A stretch of DNA of 64,000 nucleotides, taken from positions 4,543 through 68,542 of the forward strand of contig JAFSPR010000059.1 of the NCBI GenBank assembly GCA_017451395.1, in the 5' to 3' direction. The translations under genes were made by a program, and so were the position numbers. The notes under the pieces were generated by a model. It was not told the origin of the DNA and searched no databases. It saw only the letters and a list, made by a program, of their open reading frames with translations. This stretch comes from Bacteroidales bacterium. GTDB lineage: Bacteria > Bacteroidota > Bacteroidia > Bacteroidales > UBA932. This document shows, piece after piece, positions 34,835 through 44,903 of this stretch; the first letter of the stretch is position 1, and each line of letters opens with the position of its first letter.

Positions 34835-36057
34835 TGAAGAGGTTTCTAAAATTTGCACTTGTTGTAATTGGCGCGGTTTCCTGTAGCCGCGCCAATCCTG
34901 TTACGCCCGAGGAGGAAGGAAAGGTGCAGGAACTCCCGCCGGCCCGCATCACAGACACCATAAGGTATGAGGATAATAATTGTACGGCTTATAACTTTGA
35001 GTATCCGTCCAAAGACCCTTACGGTAAGCCTGTAACGCTGTCCGGAGCCATAGTGATAGGAGATGAGATAACCCCGGAGAAGCCTGCCAGGGGCCTTTTC
35101 CTCTACAATCACATCACCATCTATGTGAACGACGAATGCCCCTCCCAGGGTGAACTTACCGTCCAGAAGATGATGGTGGGAAGCGGACTCATTTCAATAT
35201 CGGCCGACTATTACGGCTTTGGTGCAACGGCGGGAAAGCATCAGGCCTACGGTCTTGCCGATACAAACGGAGAAGCCAGCATTGACGCCCTCATTGCCGC
35301 CAGGACACTTCTTGCCGATATGGGCTATTCCTGGGATGAGGTTATCTTCAACCTGGGTTATTCCCAGGGCGGTCAGGTGGCTGTTGCCGCGCTTAAGATT
35401 GCTACGGAGAAGCACCCTGAGATCCGATTTACCCGCACATTTGCCGGGGGCGGGCTGTATGATGTATCGGCCACATACCGTTTCCTGGTCTCATCCGGAG
35501 TGGCTTCCATGCCGGATACCGTAATAAGCGTGCTGCTGGCGTATAACGAGTTCTATAAGTTGGGCATCCCGCTGGAAAAGATGTTCAAGGAGCCCCTTCT
35601 TGGCAATATAGACCAGTGGTTTTTATCAGGGGATTATAACGCGCCCAAACTGAGGGAACTGATAGGGACAACCAGTCTCAGTGACCTTGTGACCCCGGAT
35701 CTTCTTGATCTTGACAGCGAGATTTCCCGGAAGTTCCTTAAGGCGATGGACAGTGAGCGCCTCTGCCGCGGCTGGGCGCCCTGGCTCAATGAGAACATTA
35801 CCCTGGTTCACAACAAGGCCGATGACGTGGTCCCCGTGGTAAATACGGAGAACCTCCTGCGTTTCCTTGAGAATCACGGTCTTACAGTGGATTCCCGGGT
35901 AGAGAACTTCCGGCAGATTCCCGGTGTCCTTGCTCCGCATTTCTGGGGTGCCGCGCCTTTTTTCACGGACTCCGTCTCCAAGATATCCTCAACCCTTGGA
36001 ATCGGCCCCTGGATAGCCCCCTCACAGATTCTTTCCTTACTTAACGACGTATTATGA
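34834..36057 (+). CDS. Alpha/beta-hydrolase (secretory lipase-like) lipoprotein
   Basis: Lipobox AVSC, ADYYGFG, GYSQGG nucleophile elbow, DDVVP. Confidence 0.8.
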   Translation: MKRFLKFALVVIGAVSCSRANPVTPEEEGKVQELPPARITDTIRYEDNNCTAYNFEYPSKDPYGKPVTLSGAIVIGDEITPEKPARGLFLYNHITIYVNDECPSQGELTVQKMMVGSGLISISADYYGFGATAGKHQAYGLADTNGEASIDALIAARTLLADMGYSWDEVIFNLGYSQGGQVAVAALKIATEKHPEIRFTRTFAGGGLYDVSATYRFLVSSGVASMPDTVISVLLAYNEFYKLGIPLEKMFKEPLLGNIDQWFLSGDYNAPKLRELIGTTSLSDLVTPDLLDLDSEISRKFLKAMDSERLCRGWAPWLNENITLVHNKADDVVPVVNTENLLRFLENHGLTVDSRVENFRQIPGVLAPHFWGAAPFFTDSVSKISSTLGIGPWIAPSQILSLLNDVL

Positions 36058-36848
36058 CGGCTCTGGTTACGGGGGCAAGCAGCGGGATCGGCCTTCAGTA
36101 TTCAATCATTCTCGCAAGGGATTATTCCTGTGACATCCTGATGGTCTCCAATCAGGAAAAGGAACTTGACGCCGCCGCAAAGGAGATAAGCCAGTCCTAC
36201 GGGGTCAGGACCTTGCCTTTCTGCTGTGACCTTGCACGGCAGGATGCTGCACGGGAGGTGTACGATTATGCCGCAAAGGAGGGCCTCACAATAGACATCC
36301 TCATCAACAACGCCGGCTTTTTCTTCTTTGACGCCCTCTGCGCAACCCCTCCGGAGAAGGTTGAGGCCATGGTTATGCTCCACGTGGTTACCATGACCGG
36401 CCTTTGCCGCCTCTTTGGGGCCGATATGTGTAAAAGGGGGAGCGGATACATCCTCAATATGTCTTCCCTTTGCCGATGGATGGAATTTCCCGGAATCCAC
36501 ACATATATTGCCACAAAGACGTATATCTACAGTTTTTCAAAATCCATATGGTATGAATTCAGGCCCATGGGCGTGGGCGTCACCGTGGCAACCCCCGGAG
36601 CCGTGGATACGGGGCTGTACGGGCTGTCTCCAAAGCTTCGCCGCCTGTTTGTGCGCCTTGGCATAAGCCTTCCGCCGGAAAAACTGGCTTCAAAGGCCCT
36701 TAAGAGGATGTTCGGGAAGAAGAAAACCTGTATGCCGGGCTTTATCAATCATCTCTCCATTCCCTTTTTCCGCCATTTCCCGGACTGGCTGGTCTTCAAG
36801 GTAATGAAGCGCCTTGGTAAATTCAGCGCGCTATTCCAGAAAAAATGA
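36054..36848 (+). CDS. Short-chain dehydrogenase/reductase
   Basis: TGASSGIG, NNAG, YIATK. Confidence 0.9.
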   Translation: MTALVTGASSGIGLQYSIILARDYSCDILMVSNQEKELDAAAKEISQSYGVRTLPFCCDLARQDAAREVYDYAAKEGLTIDILINNAGFFFFDALCATPPEKVEAMVMLHVVTMTGLCRLFGADMCKRGSGYILNMSSLCRWMEFPGIHTYIATKTYIYSFSKSIWYEFRPMGVGVTVATPGAVDTGLYGLSPKLRRLFVRLGISLPPEKLASKALKRMFGKKKTCMPGFINHLSIPFFRHFPDWLVFKVMKRLGKFSALFQKK

Positions 36849-36879
36849 CTATCTTTGCACCGAATTAATTCAGAGAGAT

Positions 36880-37167
36880 ATGAATTTAAGAGACATCAAA
36901 AAAGACATTGAGTACGTGATCGGCGCATTCGTAGATGACTGCACCCTCTTCCTGAACGTAAACCCCGGCAAGAACGCCGACGAAATTGCAAACCTTATTG
37001 ACAAGGCCGTAGACCTTTTCAATGATCTCCGTGAGAAGGTTGCAAAGAGCGCAGGCGCAGAGAAGCCCAAGGTGTGCTTCACCGCCATCCGCAAGGAACT
37101 GTTTGAAAAGACAGACGCCCTCTACGATGAACTCAGCGCCGCCGTAAAGAAAGGCCTGGGACAATAA
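36880..37167 (+). CDS. Small helical hypothetical protein
   Basis: MNLRDIKKDIEY...; TATCTTTG at 36850-36857. Confidence 0.75.
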   Translation: MNLRDIKKDIEYVIGAFVDDCTLFLNVNPGKNADEIANLIDKAVDLFNDLREKVAKSAGAEKPKVCFTAIRKELFEKTDALYDELSAAVKKGLGQ

Positions 37168-37250
37168 TCTGATAATCAGTATATTAAATGTATAGCGGTG
37201 CACCACACGGTGCACCGCTATACATTTAACTCATTGATCATCAGAAGTTA
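37162..37250. repeat. Box-40bp-box element, core type C, between convergent genes
   Basis: Perfect stem TAAATGTATAGCGGTGCACC-ACAC-GGTGCACCGCTATACATTTA flanked by boxes that overlap both stop codons. Confidence 0.78.
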
Positions 37251-38086
37251 TACATATACTTAAGCCCGAAGATGAGATTGGTGCTGTAAACCCAGCCGGT
37301 GCCGTCTACAAACAGGCGTACGCCGTCTTCGGCCCACTTGGAGGAGCCGTTTGTGTCAATCTCATAGTCCATGAGGTAGTCAAACATCACATACGGGGTG
37401 ATGGTGTGGTGTTTGGAAGGCTCGATGTCGGCGCCAAGGTTCAGGCGCAGGCGGTTGAAGTAGGCGTGAGTGTAGCCGGTGTGAGTGTAGGCGTAGTAAT
37501 CCCTCTTGGAGTTTGACGTGGTCTGGACACTGCCGGAAGTTTCTCCCCAAGGGTCGTTGAGGGCAGCGCGCGCTTCAAAGGAAAGTGAAGGCGTCACGTA
37601 CTGGAATCCCTTGTATTTGACGCCGATTCTTGACTTGAGCGCCAGGGCGTTGCGGGTGCTCTGGTAAACGTTCATGGCATCGTCGGCATTGTGCGTAAAC
37701 TGCAGGCGCTCGCGGAGAGAGAAACTGAACAGTCCGGCCTTGAGAGTCCCGGTGACATCGGCCATAAGCCTGTGCCTGGGGGCCCAGAAGCCATTGTAGA
37801 GGGTGTCGTCGTCAAGCTCCTTGTTGATCTTATACGGGTTTATGAGGGTGTATCCCAATCCCACTTTGAGGAAGTTCACCGGCTTGTAAGTTACGCCAAG
37901 GGTGGTTCTGAGGCTTCCAAGTCCGGCAAAGGAATCGGCCGCACGGACTTCTTCTTCGGCCTCGATGTGAAGGCCCTTCTTTATCTTGTAGTCAACGCCA
38001 ACGGAGGCGCGGCCGCCGGTGGAAAAACTCTGGCCGAAAGCTGCCGCGGGAATAAGCAGCGCCAGTGCTAAAACAATCTTTTTCAT
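37241..38086 (-). CDS. Outer-membrane beta-barrel protein (DUF2490-like)
   Basis: Signal peptide, alternating beta strands, RHRL and SLRERLQ motifs, C-terminal YMYNF. Confidence 0.72.
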   Translation of the reverse strand: MKKIVLALALLIPAAAFGQSFSTGGRASVGVDYKIKKGLHIEAEEEVRAADSFAGLGSLRTTLGVTYKPVNFLKVGLGYTLINPYKINKELDDDTLYNGFWAPRHRLMADVTGTLKAGLFSFSLRERLQFTHNADDAMNVYQSTRNALALKSRIGVKYKGFQYVTPSLSFEARAALNDPWGETSGSVQTTSNSKRDYYAYTHTGYTHAYFNRLRLNLGADIEPSKHHTITPYVMFDYLMDYEIDTNGSSKWAEDGVRLFVDGTGWVYSTNLIFGLKYMYNF

Positions 38087-38871
38087 CCTACGTAATCTTT
38101 TGCGCGGGTTACGGTGTTCACGGAATTGCTCTCACCCTTTCCCAGCCTGTAATACACTTTAATCATTGCCGAATCCTTCAGGAAGTCCACGTGGCCGATT
38201 TCCACATTCTCCACCTTCACTCCAAGGCGCTTTTCAAGATCTTCCACAAGCTCCTCCCTCTTTTCCGGAACAATTAGGTCTATCCTGTCGTACTGCACCA
38301 GCTTGGTGGTGACGTGCTTCACAAGGCTCTCGCTCTCAAGCACCCACACCAGAAGCAGCATGAGGGCGTTCACAAGCGCCATCACGCCCACATTTCCCCA
38401 GCTAAGGACATAGTGCGGGGCGGTGGCGATGTCCACCACGTGATAGAGCGGGGCAAGGCCGTTCACCGCCGCCAGGGCAATGATTATGAAAAGGTAGGTC
38501 ATTTCCCTGATGGGAACGGTTTCCGTGCGGTAGCGGATGACCCCGAAAATGGCAAAGAGGCCCAGCGTAAGGCCAACTCCAACCTCCACGTTACCCATTA
38601 TGTACAGAAGGGTAAGCATGGCCGAAGAGAACACGATGAACGTGAAATAGTAGTCACGCCTCCTGCTCTTTTTGTAGTAGAAGAAGTGCACCAGGATCCA
38701 GCACACAAGGAGGTTCAGGGCAAAGCGGATGCCCAGTTCCCCAATCTTCTGGGCGGTTGTCATCATGGCGTCCGTGATGGTTTGGACGTCCAGGAGCATG
38801 TCGTCCGCGACATCTACGTCCCCGAAGGCGGAGAGGTCCTCCTGAACAAAGCGGAATAATTTATCAATCAT
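38083..38871 (-). CDS. DUF4956-family membrane protein
   Basis: LGLFAIFGVIRYRTETVPIREMTYLF; 4-5 TMs; soluble C-terminal domain. Confidence 0.85.
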   Translation of the reverse strand: MIDKLFRFVQEDLSAFGDVDVADDMLLDVQTITDAMMTTAQKIGELGIRFALNLLVCWILVHFFYYKKSRRRDYYFTFIVFSSAMLTLLYIMGNVEVGVGLTLGLFAIFGVIRYRTETVPIREMTYLFIIIALAAVNGLAPLYHVVDIATAPHYVLSWGNVGVMALVNALMLLLVWVLESESLVKHVTTKLVQYDRIDLIVPEKREELVEDLEKRLGVKVENVEIGHVDFLKDSAMIKVYYRLGKGESNSVNTVTRAKDYVG

Positions 38872-39668
38872 ATAATTACAAGTTTTTTGCCGATGGTTTT
38901 CTCCACTCTTCTCACTTTAACCTTGAACCGGCCGCTTTTGGCCGAAGGGTCCGTGAGGGTGAGTGCGATGCAGTATTTGCTGATGCGCATTGGTTTGATG
39001 CGGTTGTCGAGGAGGATGCCTTTCATCTGGCTCTCTGCGCGGCCGTCCTGCTTCAGCTCAATTATTACGGCATCCTGAAGTGTGGTTTCATGGCCCGTGC
39101 GGAAGTTTGTGAAGCAAAGGGCCATGTCAATGGTGAGCCTTTCCGTTTTTGCGGGATTCACCAGCGTAATGCGTTTGAAGCGGGTGTCAAGGACCGGGGA
39201 CAACTGGTCTACCGTGAACCAGGATTTGGCCGCCAGATATTCGCAGGCAGCGGCATCGGCCCTGAAATCCATAAGTTCGGCCTGGGGGATTTCCATCCTT
39301 TTTTTCTTGGTGCGCCCGTGGTTGTTCTTGCGCTTTATCTCCAGGAAGGTCTGGCCGGACTCCACGTAGGTGCGGGTGCGCACTTTCTGCCTCACAAGGC
39401 GCCTGTTATGGTGGTCCAGGAACATCCTGAGCCCGGCTGTGTCATAGTAGACGGAGGTGTACCGGCTCACTTTCTTCCCTTCCACCACAAGAGCCCGGTA
39501 GCCTGCCGCCGCGGCATCCCTGAGGACAGACACCAGCCCAGCCTCGTTGGTAAGGTACTTGGAGTCTATCCTGTTAAGGAGCTTCACGGAGTCCATCTCC
39601 TCAAGGGTGATGGGCCGAAGGGCTTCGATGGCCTTGTCAAGGGCCTCTGTGGTGCTATTTTCCGGCAT
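38868..39668 (-). CDS. VTC-domain (polyphosphate polymerase-like, CYTH superfamily) protein
   Basis: RIDSKY, SVYYDT, KVRTRTY, FLEIKRK, ERLTID, IIELK, ISKYC. Confidence 0.88.
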   Translation of the reverse strand: MPENSTTEALDKAIEALRPITLEEMDSVKLLNRIDSKYLTNEAGLVSVLRDAAAAGYRALVVEGKKVSRYTSVYYDTAGLRMFLDHHNRRLVRQKVRTRTYVESGQTFLEIKRKNNHGRTKKKRMEIPQAELMDFRADAAACEYLAAKSWFTVDQLSPVLDTRFKRITLVNPAKTERLTIDMALCFTNFRTGHETTLQDAVIIELKQDGRAESQMKGILLDNRIKPMRISKYCIALTLTDPSAKSGRFKVKVRRVEKTIGKKLVII

Positions 39669-40068
39669 CCTGGGCTATGTACTCGTATTGTTTTATGCTC
39701 AGGAGTTTTCCCTTGGCGCTGTAGGTGTACTGGACCTTTTTTCTGGAAAACTCATTCCACTCGAAGGTCTTGTATGTCTGGAGGCGGTTGCGGAAGTCGT
39801 AGACAAGTTCCTTGGAGAGCTTGCCGTCCGGGCCGTACTCAAAGCGCTTGCGCCACTTCTGGCCGTCGGAGTTATATTCAATCTCCTCAATCTTCTTTCC
39901 TTCGGCCGAAAATGTGGTAACGTGGTCCAGAACCTTGCTTGAGCCCTTAGGGTCTGTGTTCCATTCCTTGATGACAAGGTTTTTCTTGTTGATTTTCTGG
40001 GCTTCCTGGGCAAAAGCTCCGGGAACAAGCAGCAGGGCTGCCGCCACAAGTATGATAAATCTTTTCAT
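39655..40068 (-). CDS. Small exported protein with YD/MORN-like beta-hairpin repeats
   Basis: Signal peptide; EYNSDG, EYGPDGK, YSAKGK repeats; -7 box at 40077-40084. Confidence 0.7.
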   Translation of the reverse strand: MKRFIILVAAALLLVPGAFAQEAQKINKKNLVIKEWNTDPKGSSKVLDHVTTFSAEGKKIEEIEYNSDGQKWRKRFEYGPDGKLSKELVYDFRNRLQTYKTFEWNEFSRKKVQYTYSAKGKLLSIKQYEYIAQDAGK

Positions 40069-40101
40069 AATAGTTGCAAAGATATGAAAAATACATAAAT
40101 A

Positions 40102-42951
40102 CTACCAGTGTCTTCCACCGCCGCCGGGGCCGCCACCACCCTGGTTACCTCCGCCGCCCTGGCCGCCGCCGGAGTAGCTGCTGAGAGAGACAGCCGTGCC
40201 GCCGGAGATTCCGGAAGTGGCCCAGATGCCGTTGCAGTAGGTGGTGCTTCCCACGCTTACGCCTTTGTAGCCCTTGCTGAGGGAAGGAGCACTCACGGCA
40301 AAGCTGGAAAGGCCGGACGGAGTCTTGAAAGCTGCAATGAAAGAGCTTCCGTTGTAGAGAGCGTTCCAGCTGCCGGCGGTTCCGCTCATGCTGTACACGG
40401 TTTGTGAGGCCGAATAGTTGTTCTCCAGGCCGCCGTATGCCACTACGGTTGCGCCGCTGTTGATAATAAGCTTTGCGCCGCCTTCGGTATTGGCGTCCAG
40501 GGCAACCTCGGGGTTTCCGGCCGTGGTTACCGCAAACACATATCCGCCAGAGAGTGTAAGGTTACCGTTGGCATCCATGGCGTCTCCCTTTGTGGTGTAG
40601 GCGTACACATAGCCGCCGCTTATGGTCATGTTGCCGTAGCTGTTGATGGCGTCATCGGCACTGGAAGTGGAGTAAATCTCACCGCCTGTAACCGTAAGGG
40701 TGCCCTTGGTCTCTATGGTTTCGCTCTTAGAAGCGCTGGCCACAATGCTGCCGCCGCTTACCTTGAAGTTGCCGCCGTAGAGGTAGCTGTTGCCGGATTT
40801 CTGTTTGTAACCAATCTTGATGGCCTTGCTGGAAACATCGTTGGACTCTGAACCGGTGGTTGTGACCTTGAGCGTCCCGCCTGTCATATAGCTGTCGGAA
40901 ATGGCTGTGCTGTTGGTGCTTACGTAGTCGTAGCTGCCAGCTGCAATGCCCTTTCCGCCGGCACCGCTGTTGGTGATGGTGACGGTTCCGCCGGTCATGC
41001 CGAAGTAGTTGTCGGCCTTGATGCCCGCGGTGCCCTTGTATTCGGCGTCGTCGGAGTCATAAGCCACACCGCCCGTAACGGTAATGGTGTGGGTGCCATT
41101 CTCCACAAGAACGTACCCGTCAGAGCCGATACCCTTTTTCATTGCAGCCGAAGTACTTACGTTGAGGGTGCCGTTGCTGAGCTGGACATATTCCTTGCCG
41201 CGGATGCCGTGTCCTGCGCTTGAGCCGGCCGTAACCTTGATGGTGGGACTGCCCAGCACACGCACGTAGTCGTCGGAGATAATTCCGGACTTAGACTGCT
41301 TGTTGTTGGCTGTCACGGTGAGGCTGCCGCTTCCGGAGAAGCAAAGCTGGCCTTCGGAGAACAGCACGCCCTTCATGTCTTCGTCAGAGGAGGTGCTGTA
41401 GGCGGCGCTGGAGCCGTCGGCAAGGGTATTTGTGCCGTCAACGTACACAAAGGTGCGCTTGCCGCTCTGGTTGTTGATGGCGGCGCCGCTGGTGCATGTG
41501 AGGGACAGTCCGCTAAGCCACAGGGCCTGTTTCTTTGAGCTGTAGAGCTTGAAAAAGCCGTTGGAGGAACTTCCGGTGAGCTTGTACACCACGTTTTCGG
41601 AGCCCGTGTAGGTGATGGTAACCTGCGCACCGCTCACGCTCACGTTCATGACATCGGCCACGGCGCTGTAACCGCTTACGGAAGCGCCTGAGGACGAATA
41701 AGTCACCGTTACCAGACGCGTGAACGTGGTGTTGGAGATGTCGTCGTCGGAGGAAGTGTCCCCGGCCGAATCGAAGGTTGTGGTAACGGCACCGTCGTCG
41801 GCTGTGGAAGTGACTGTGAGCGTGTAGCTTGCGCTTCCCGCCTTATAGGTGTCGTCTCCTGCGAATGTTGCCGAAATGGTGGTGGAACCGGCGGCCACAA
41901 GGGTTATGGTGCCGTCCGATGCGATGGTTGCGACGCTGGTCTTGGACGAAGCGTAGGTAATTCCGGAGGCCACTTCCGAGGGGCTTACGGTAAGCGTGGG
42001 ATAGCTGCTGGAGCCTTCTTCCAGCACCACTGAGAAGTTTGAGGCGCTCCACTCAAGCGTTACGGTCTGCTTCACCACCTTGAGCGTATAGGAGGCGCTT
42101 CCCGCGGCATAGGTGTCGTCTGCGGCCGAAGTGGCTATGATGGCCACGGTGCCTTCGGCCACAAGGGTAATCTCACCGGAAGAAGCGTCGATTGTAGCCA
42201 CTGTCTCATCCGAGGAAGAGTAGGTGACGGTGAGGCTGTTGGGGTTACTCAGTTCCGGGAAAGAGTTCTCACTGGAGGCCAGGGTTGCAGTATATGCGGT
42301 CTCGCTCCAGCTGAGTCCGGCGCTCTCCAGGTCTCCCTCCACCGTAAGTGTGTATGAGGCCGATGCCGACTCATAGGCGTCGTTTGCCTCGGCGGTTGCC
42401 GTGATGGTGGTTTCACCTTCGGCCACAATGGTTATGGTGCCGTCTTCGGCAATGGTGGCAACGTACTCGTTGGAGGAGGTGTAGGTGATGCTCTGGCTTC
42501 CGGGATTTGAGAGGGTGGGGAAGCTGTAGGTGTCTTCATCTCCGTAGGTCACCGTGCAGGCGGAGGCGCTCCAGGAGATACCGTCCCCGGCCTTTGTGAC
42601 CGTGAGGGCATAGGATGCGCTTCCTGCAGAGTAGGTTGACGTTGCGGCCGAGCTTGCCATGATGGACGTTGTTCCGGCCGAAAGAAGGGTGATGTTGCCG
42701 TCGGAGTCGATGGTGGCGACATCGGTGTCGGAGGAGGAGTACGTGACCGTCACTTTGTACTCATTTGAAAGGGTGGGGAAGGTGTTGTCTTCCCCAATTT
42801 GGGCTTCGAACGAAGATGCGCTCCAGGACAGTTCAGGGTCTGTCAGGGTTGTCTCTGAAGGCGTGACATCGGATTCCGAAGGAAGGATATCTTCCTTATT
42901 GCAGGCCAATAGCACAGTGGCTATAATCGGCAGTAAATATTTGAGTTTCAT
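40102..42951 (-). CDS. Lipoprotein with four Ig-like repeats and a Cthe_2159-type beta-helix carbohydrate-binding domain
   Basis: Lipobox LLAC; repeated WS...YSSS...VATI..DG.ITL..G...I.A......Y....ASY.LTV units; LNGLSL/AAIN/DAIN/DAMDANG beta-helix pattern; Gly-rich tail. Confidence 0.78.
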   Translation of the reverse strand: MKLKYLLPIIATVLLACNKEDILPSESDVTPSETTLTDPELSWSASSFEAQIGEDNTFPTLSNEYKVTVTYSSSDTDVATIDSDGNITLLSAGTTSIMASSAATSTYSAGSASYALTVTKAGDGISWSASACTVTYGDEDTYSFPTLSNPGSQSITYTSSNEYVATIAEDGTITIVAEGETTITATAEANDAYESASASYTLTVEGDLESAGLSWSETAYTATLASSENSFPELSNPNSLTVTYSSSDETVATIDASSGEITLVAEGTVAIIATSAADDTYAAGSASYTLKVVKQTVTLEWSASNFSVVLEEGSSSYPTLTVSPSEVASGITYASSKTSVATIASDGTITLVAAGSTTISATFAGDDTYKAGSASYTLTVTSTADDGAVTTTFDSAGDTSSDDDISNTTFTRLVTVTYSSSGASVSGYSAVADVMNVSVSGAQVTITYTGSENVVYKLTGSSSNGFFKLYSSKKQALWLSGLSLTCTSGAAINNQSGKRTFVYVDGTNTLADGSSAAYSTSSDEDMKGVLFSEGQLCFSGSGSLTVTANNKQSKSGIISDDYVRVLGSPTIKVTAGSSAGHGIRGKEYVQLSNGTLNVSTSAAMKKGIGSDGYVLVENGTHTITVTGGVAYDSDDAEYKGTAGIKADNYFGMTGGTVTITNSGAGGKGIAAGSYDYVSTNSTAISDSYMTGGTLKVTTTGSESNDVSSKAIKIGYKQKSGNSYLYGGNFKVSGGSIVASASKSETIETKGTLTVTGGEIYSTSSADDAINSYGNMTISGGYVYAYTTKGDAMDANGNLTLSGGYVFAVTTAGNPEVALDANTEGGAKLIINSGATVVAYGGLENNYSASQTVYSMSGTAGSWNALYNGSSFIAAFKTPSGLSSFAVSAPSLSKGYKGVSVGSTTYCNGIWATSGISGGTAVSLSSYSGGGQGGGGNQGGGGPGGGGRHW

Positions 42952-42972
42952 GGCTTTGTTGTTTATATATTA

Positions 42973-44751
42973 TCACCATCCGCCGGGACCCATTCCGCCC
43001 ATTCCGCCCATTCCGCCGGGGCCGCCGCCCGGGTTACCGCCGCCACCCATTCCGGCGCCTCCGGAATAGCTGCTGAGGCTCACGGAAGAGCCGCCGCTTG
43101 CGCTACAGTCAAGTACGCCCATTCCGTCCCAGATGGAGGTGCCTCCGCTGGTGGTGACGCCGCTTTGGACGCTGGGCTGTGAGGCTCCGGATATCACCAT
43201 TCCGCTGCCGCCGCTTGAAGAGGTCTTGAAGGCGTGGGTAGTGCTTCCAACGGTAATTGAATACCAGGTGTTCTTGTTCCAGGAAGAAGCGCTGTAGCAG
43301 CTCTGAGAGAGGGATGCGCCGTTTTCAAGGCCGCCGATTGCAACCAGAGTTCCTCCCGTGAGGTAGATCTGGTATCCGCCCTCTGAGTTGGCGTCAATGC
43401 CTACTTCCGGGGAAGATGTGCCGATCGCGTACACAAAACCTCCCTTGATGTACAGGTTGCCGTTGGCGTCCATGCCGTCGTTCCCGGTGGAATATGCGCA
43501 CACGCTGCCTCCTGTTATGGTAAGGTTTCCGGCGCTGTTGATGCCGTCATCGGCCTTTGAGAAGCCGTAAACCGCACCGCCGGTGATGTCCATGGCGCCC
43601 TTTGATTCAATGGCCTCGTGGTTTGATGCCGTGGCGTTTACGGTGCCGCCGTTGAAGTGGATGTCTCCGTCGAACTTGATGGCCTTTGCGCTCTTTGAGT
43701 TGTCTGTGGTTGTTGCCCTGGGGCCGAATCCGCCGCCGCCACCGGAGGAGGAGCCGTAATTGCTGCCGGTTACGGTCACTTCCACGGAGCCGCCGTTAAA
43801 GTATGCCACGGCGTCTCCGGTGATGCCTTTTCCACCCTGGCCGGAGTTTGTGACGGTGAGGGTGCCGGCGTTCATCTTGAACACCTCATCGGCCTTGATT
43901 CCAGCAGAAGCCTTGTAGTCAGAGTCCTCTGAGTCATAGGCAGTGCCGCCGGTGGCTTTTACGGTGGTGGCGCCGCCGTTGAAGACTACCAGGGAGTCGG
44001 AGGTGATGCCCTTTTTCATGGCTGCCGCCACGGTGATGCTAAGGGTGCCGCCGTCAACGGCAACGGCGTCTTTCCCCCTGAGGCCATGCCCTGCGCTGCT
44101 TCCGGCTGTGACTGTGATGGTGGGGGTGTCCAGCACGCGCACGTAGTCGTCGGAGGTGATGCCGGCCTTGCCCTGGGCGTTGTTTGCGGTAACGGTGAGG
44201 CTGCCGCTGCCTGAGAAGAGGAGTTGGCCCTCAGAGAAGAACACGGCCTTGAGGTCTTCTTCTCCTGTGGCCGAATATGCCGCAGAGCTACCGTCGGCAA
44301 GTGAGTTGGTGCCGCTAACTACCACATAACAGCGTTTTTTGCCCTGGTTGTTGATGGCAGCGCCGCTGGGGTTTGTGAGGCTGAGGCCGTTAAGGACAAG
44401 GGCCTGCTTGTTGTTGGAATACAGCTTCAGGGAACCGCTGGATGAGCTTCCGGAGAGTTCATACTTCACCTTTTCCGTGGTGCCGGTGTTGTCTACGGTG
44501 ACATCGGCCCCGCTAACGGAGACAATGCCGTTGGCATCACCTGTGACGGTGGCGCCGGAAGAACTCCACACAATGGAGATTGTGCGGTCGAAACTGGTAT
44601 TTGAGATCTCATCCTCGTCGTTTGCAAACGAGTCTGTGTCTGTAGAAGGTGTTGTGGAAGCCGTGCTTCCACTGTTACTGATGATGCTCTCTTTGGAGCA
44701 GGCTGCCATGGCTATCGTCATGCCAAGCAAGAATACACTAACCTTCTTCAT
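42973..44751 (-). CDS. Lipoprotein with Cthe_2159-type beta-helix domain (paralog of downstream gene)
   Basis: Lipobox MAAC; shares LADGSSAAYS, SDDYVRVL, AGSSAGHG, DANGNL and DANxEGG blocks with 40102..42951. Confidence 0.8.
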   Translation of the reverse strand: MKKVSVFLLGMTIAMAACSKESIISNSGSTASTTPSTDTDSFANDEDEISNTSFDRTISIVWSSSGATVTGDANGIVSVSGADVTVDNTGTTEKVKYELSGSSSSGSLKLYSNNKQALVLNGLSLTNPSGAAINNQGKKRCYVVVSGTNSLADGSSAAYSATGEEDLKAVFFSEGQLLFSGSGSLTVTANNAQGKAGITSDDYVRVLDTPTITVTAGSSAGHGLRGKDAVAVDGGTLSITVAAAMKKGITSDSLVVFNGGATTVKATGGTAYDSEDSDYKASAGIKADEVFKMNAGTLTVTNSGQGGKGITGDAVAYFNGGSVEVTVTGSNYGSSSGGGGGFGPRATTTDNSKSAKAIKFDGDIHFNGGTVNATASNHEAIESKGAMDITGGAVYGFSKADDGINSAGNLTITGGSVCAYSTGNDGMDANGNLYIKGGFVYAIGTSSPEVGIDANSEGGYQIYLTGGTLVAIGGLENGASLSQSCYSASSWNKNTWYSITVGSTTHAFKTSSSGGSGMVISGASQPSVQSGVTTSGGTSIWDGMGVLDCSASGGSSVSLSSYSGGAGMGGGGNPGGGPGGMGGMGGMGPGGW

Positions 44752-44847
44752 AGCCTTAGGTTTTTAGTTACACTTTTAATAATTCCGCGTTAAAGATAAC
44801 CAAAAACCCGGCCGAAAGTAACCTTAGCCCGCCTGTGTGCAGTATTT

Positions 44848-44877
44848 TTCAGCGAACGGGCCGTTTTTTTCAGCGAA
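44848..44877. promoter_or_regulatory. Candidate LytTR binding site
   Basis: Direct repeat TTCAGCGAA at 44848 and 44869 (12-bp spacer), between the LytTR gene and the lipoprotein start. Confidence 0.65.
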
Positions 44878-44903
44878 TTGCCGAAGATGGTATAATTAAT
44901 ATA

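Noticed and set aside
40102-44751. Similarity between the two beta-helix genes as DGR template/variable repeats
   Set aside because: Both are intact paralogous ORFs, differences do not look adenine-specific, and there is no reverse transcriptase.
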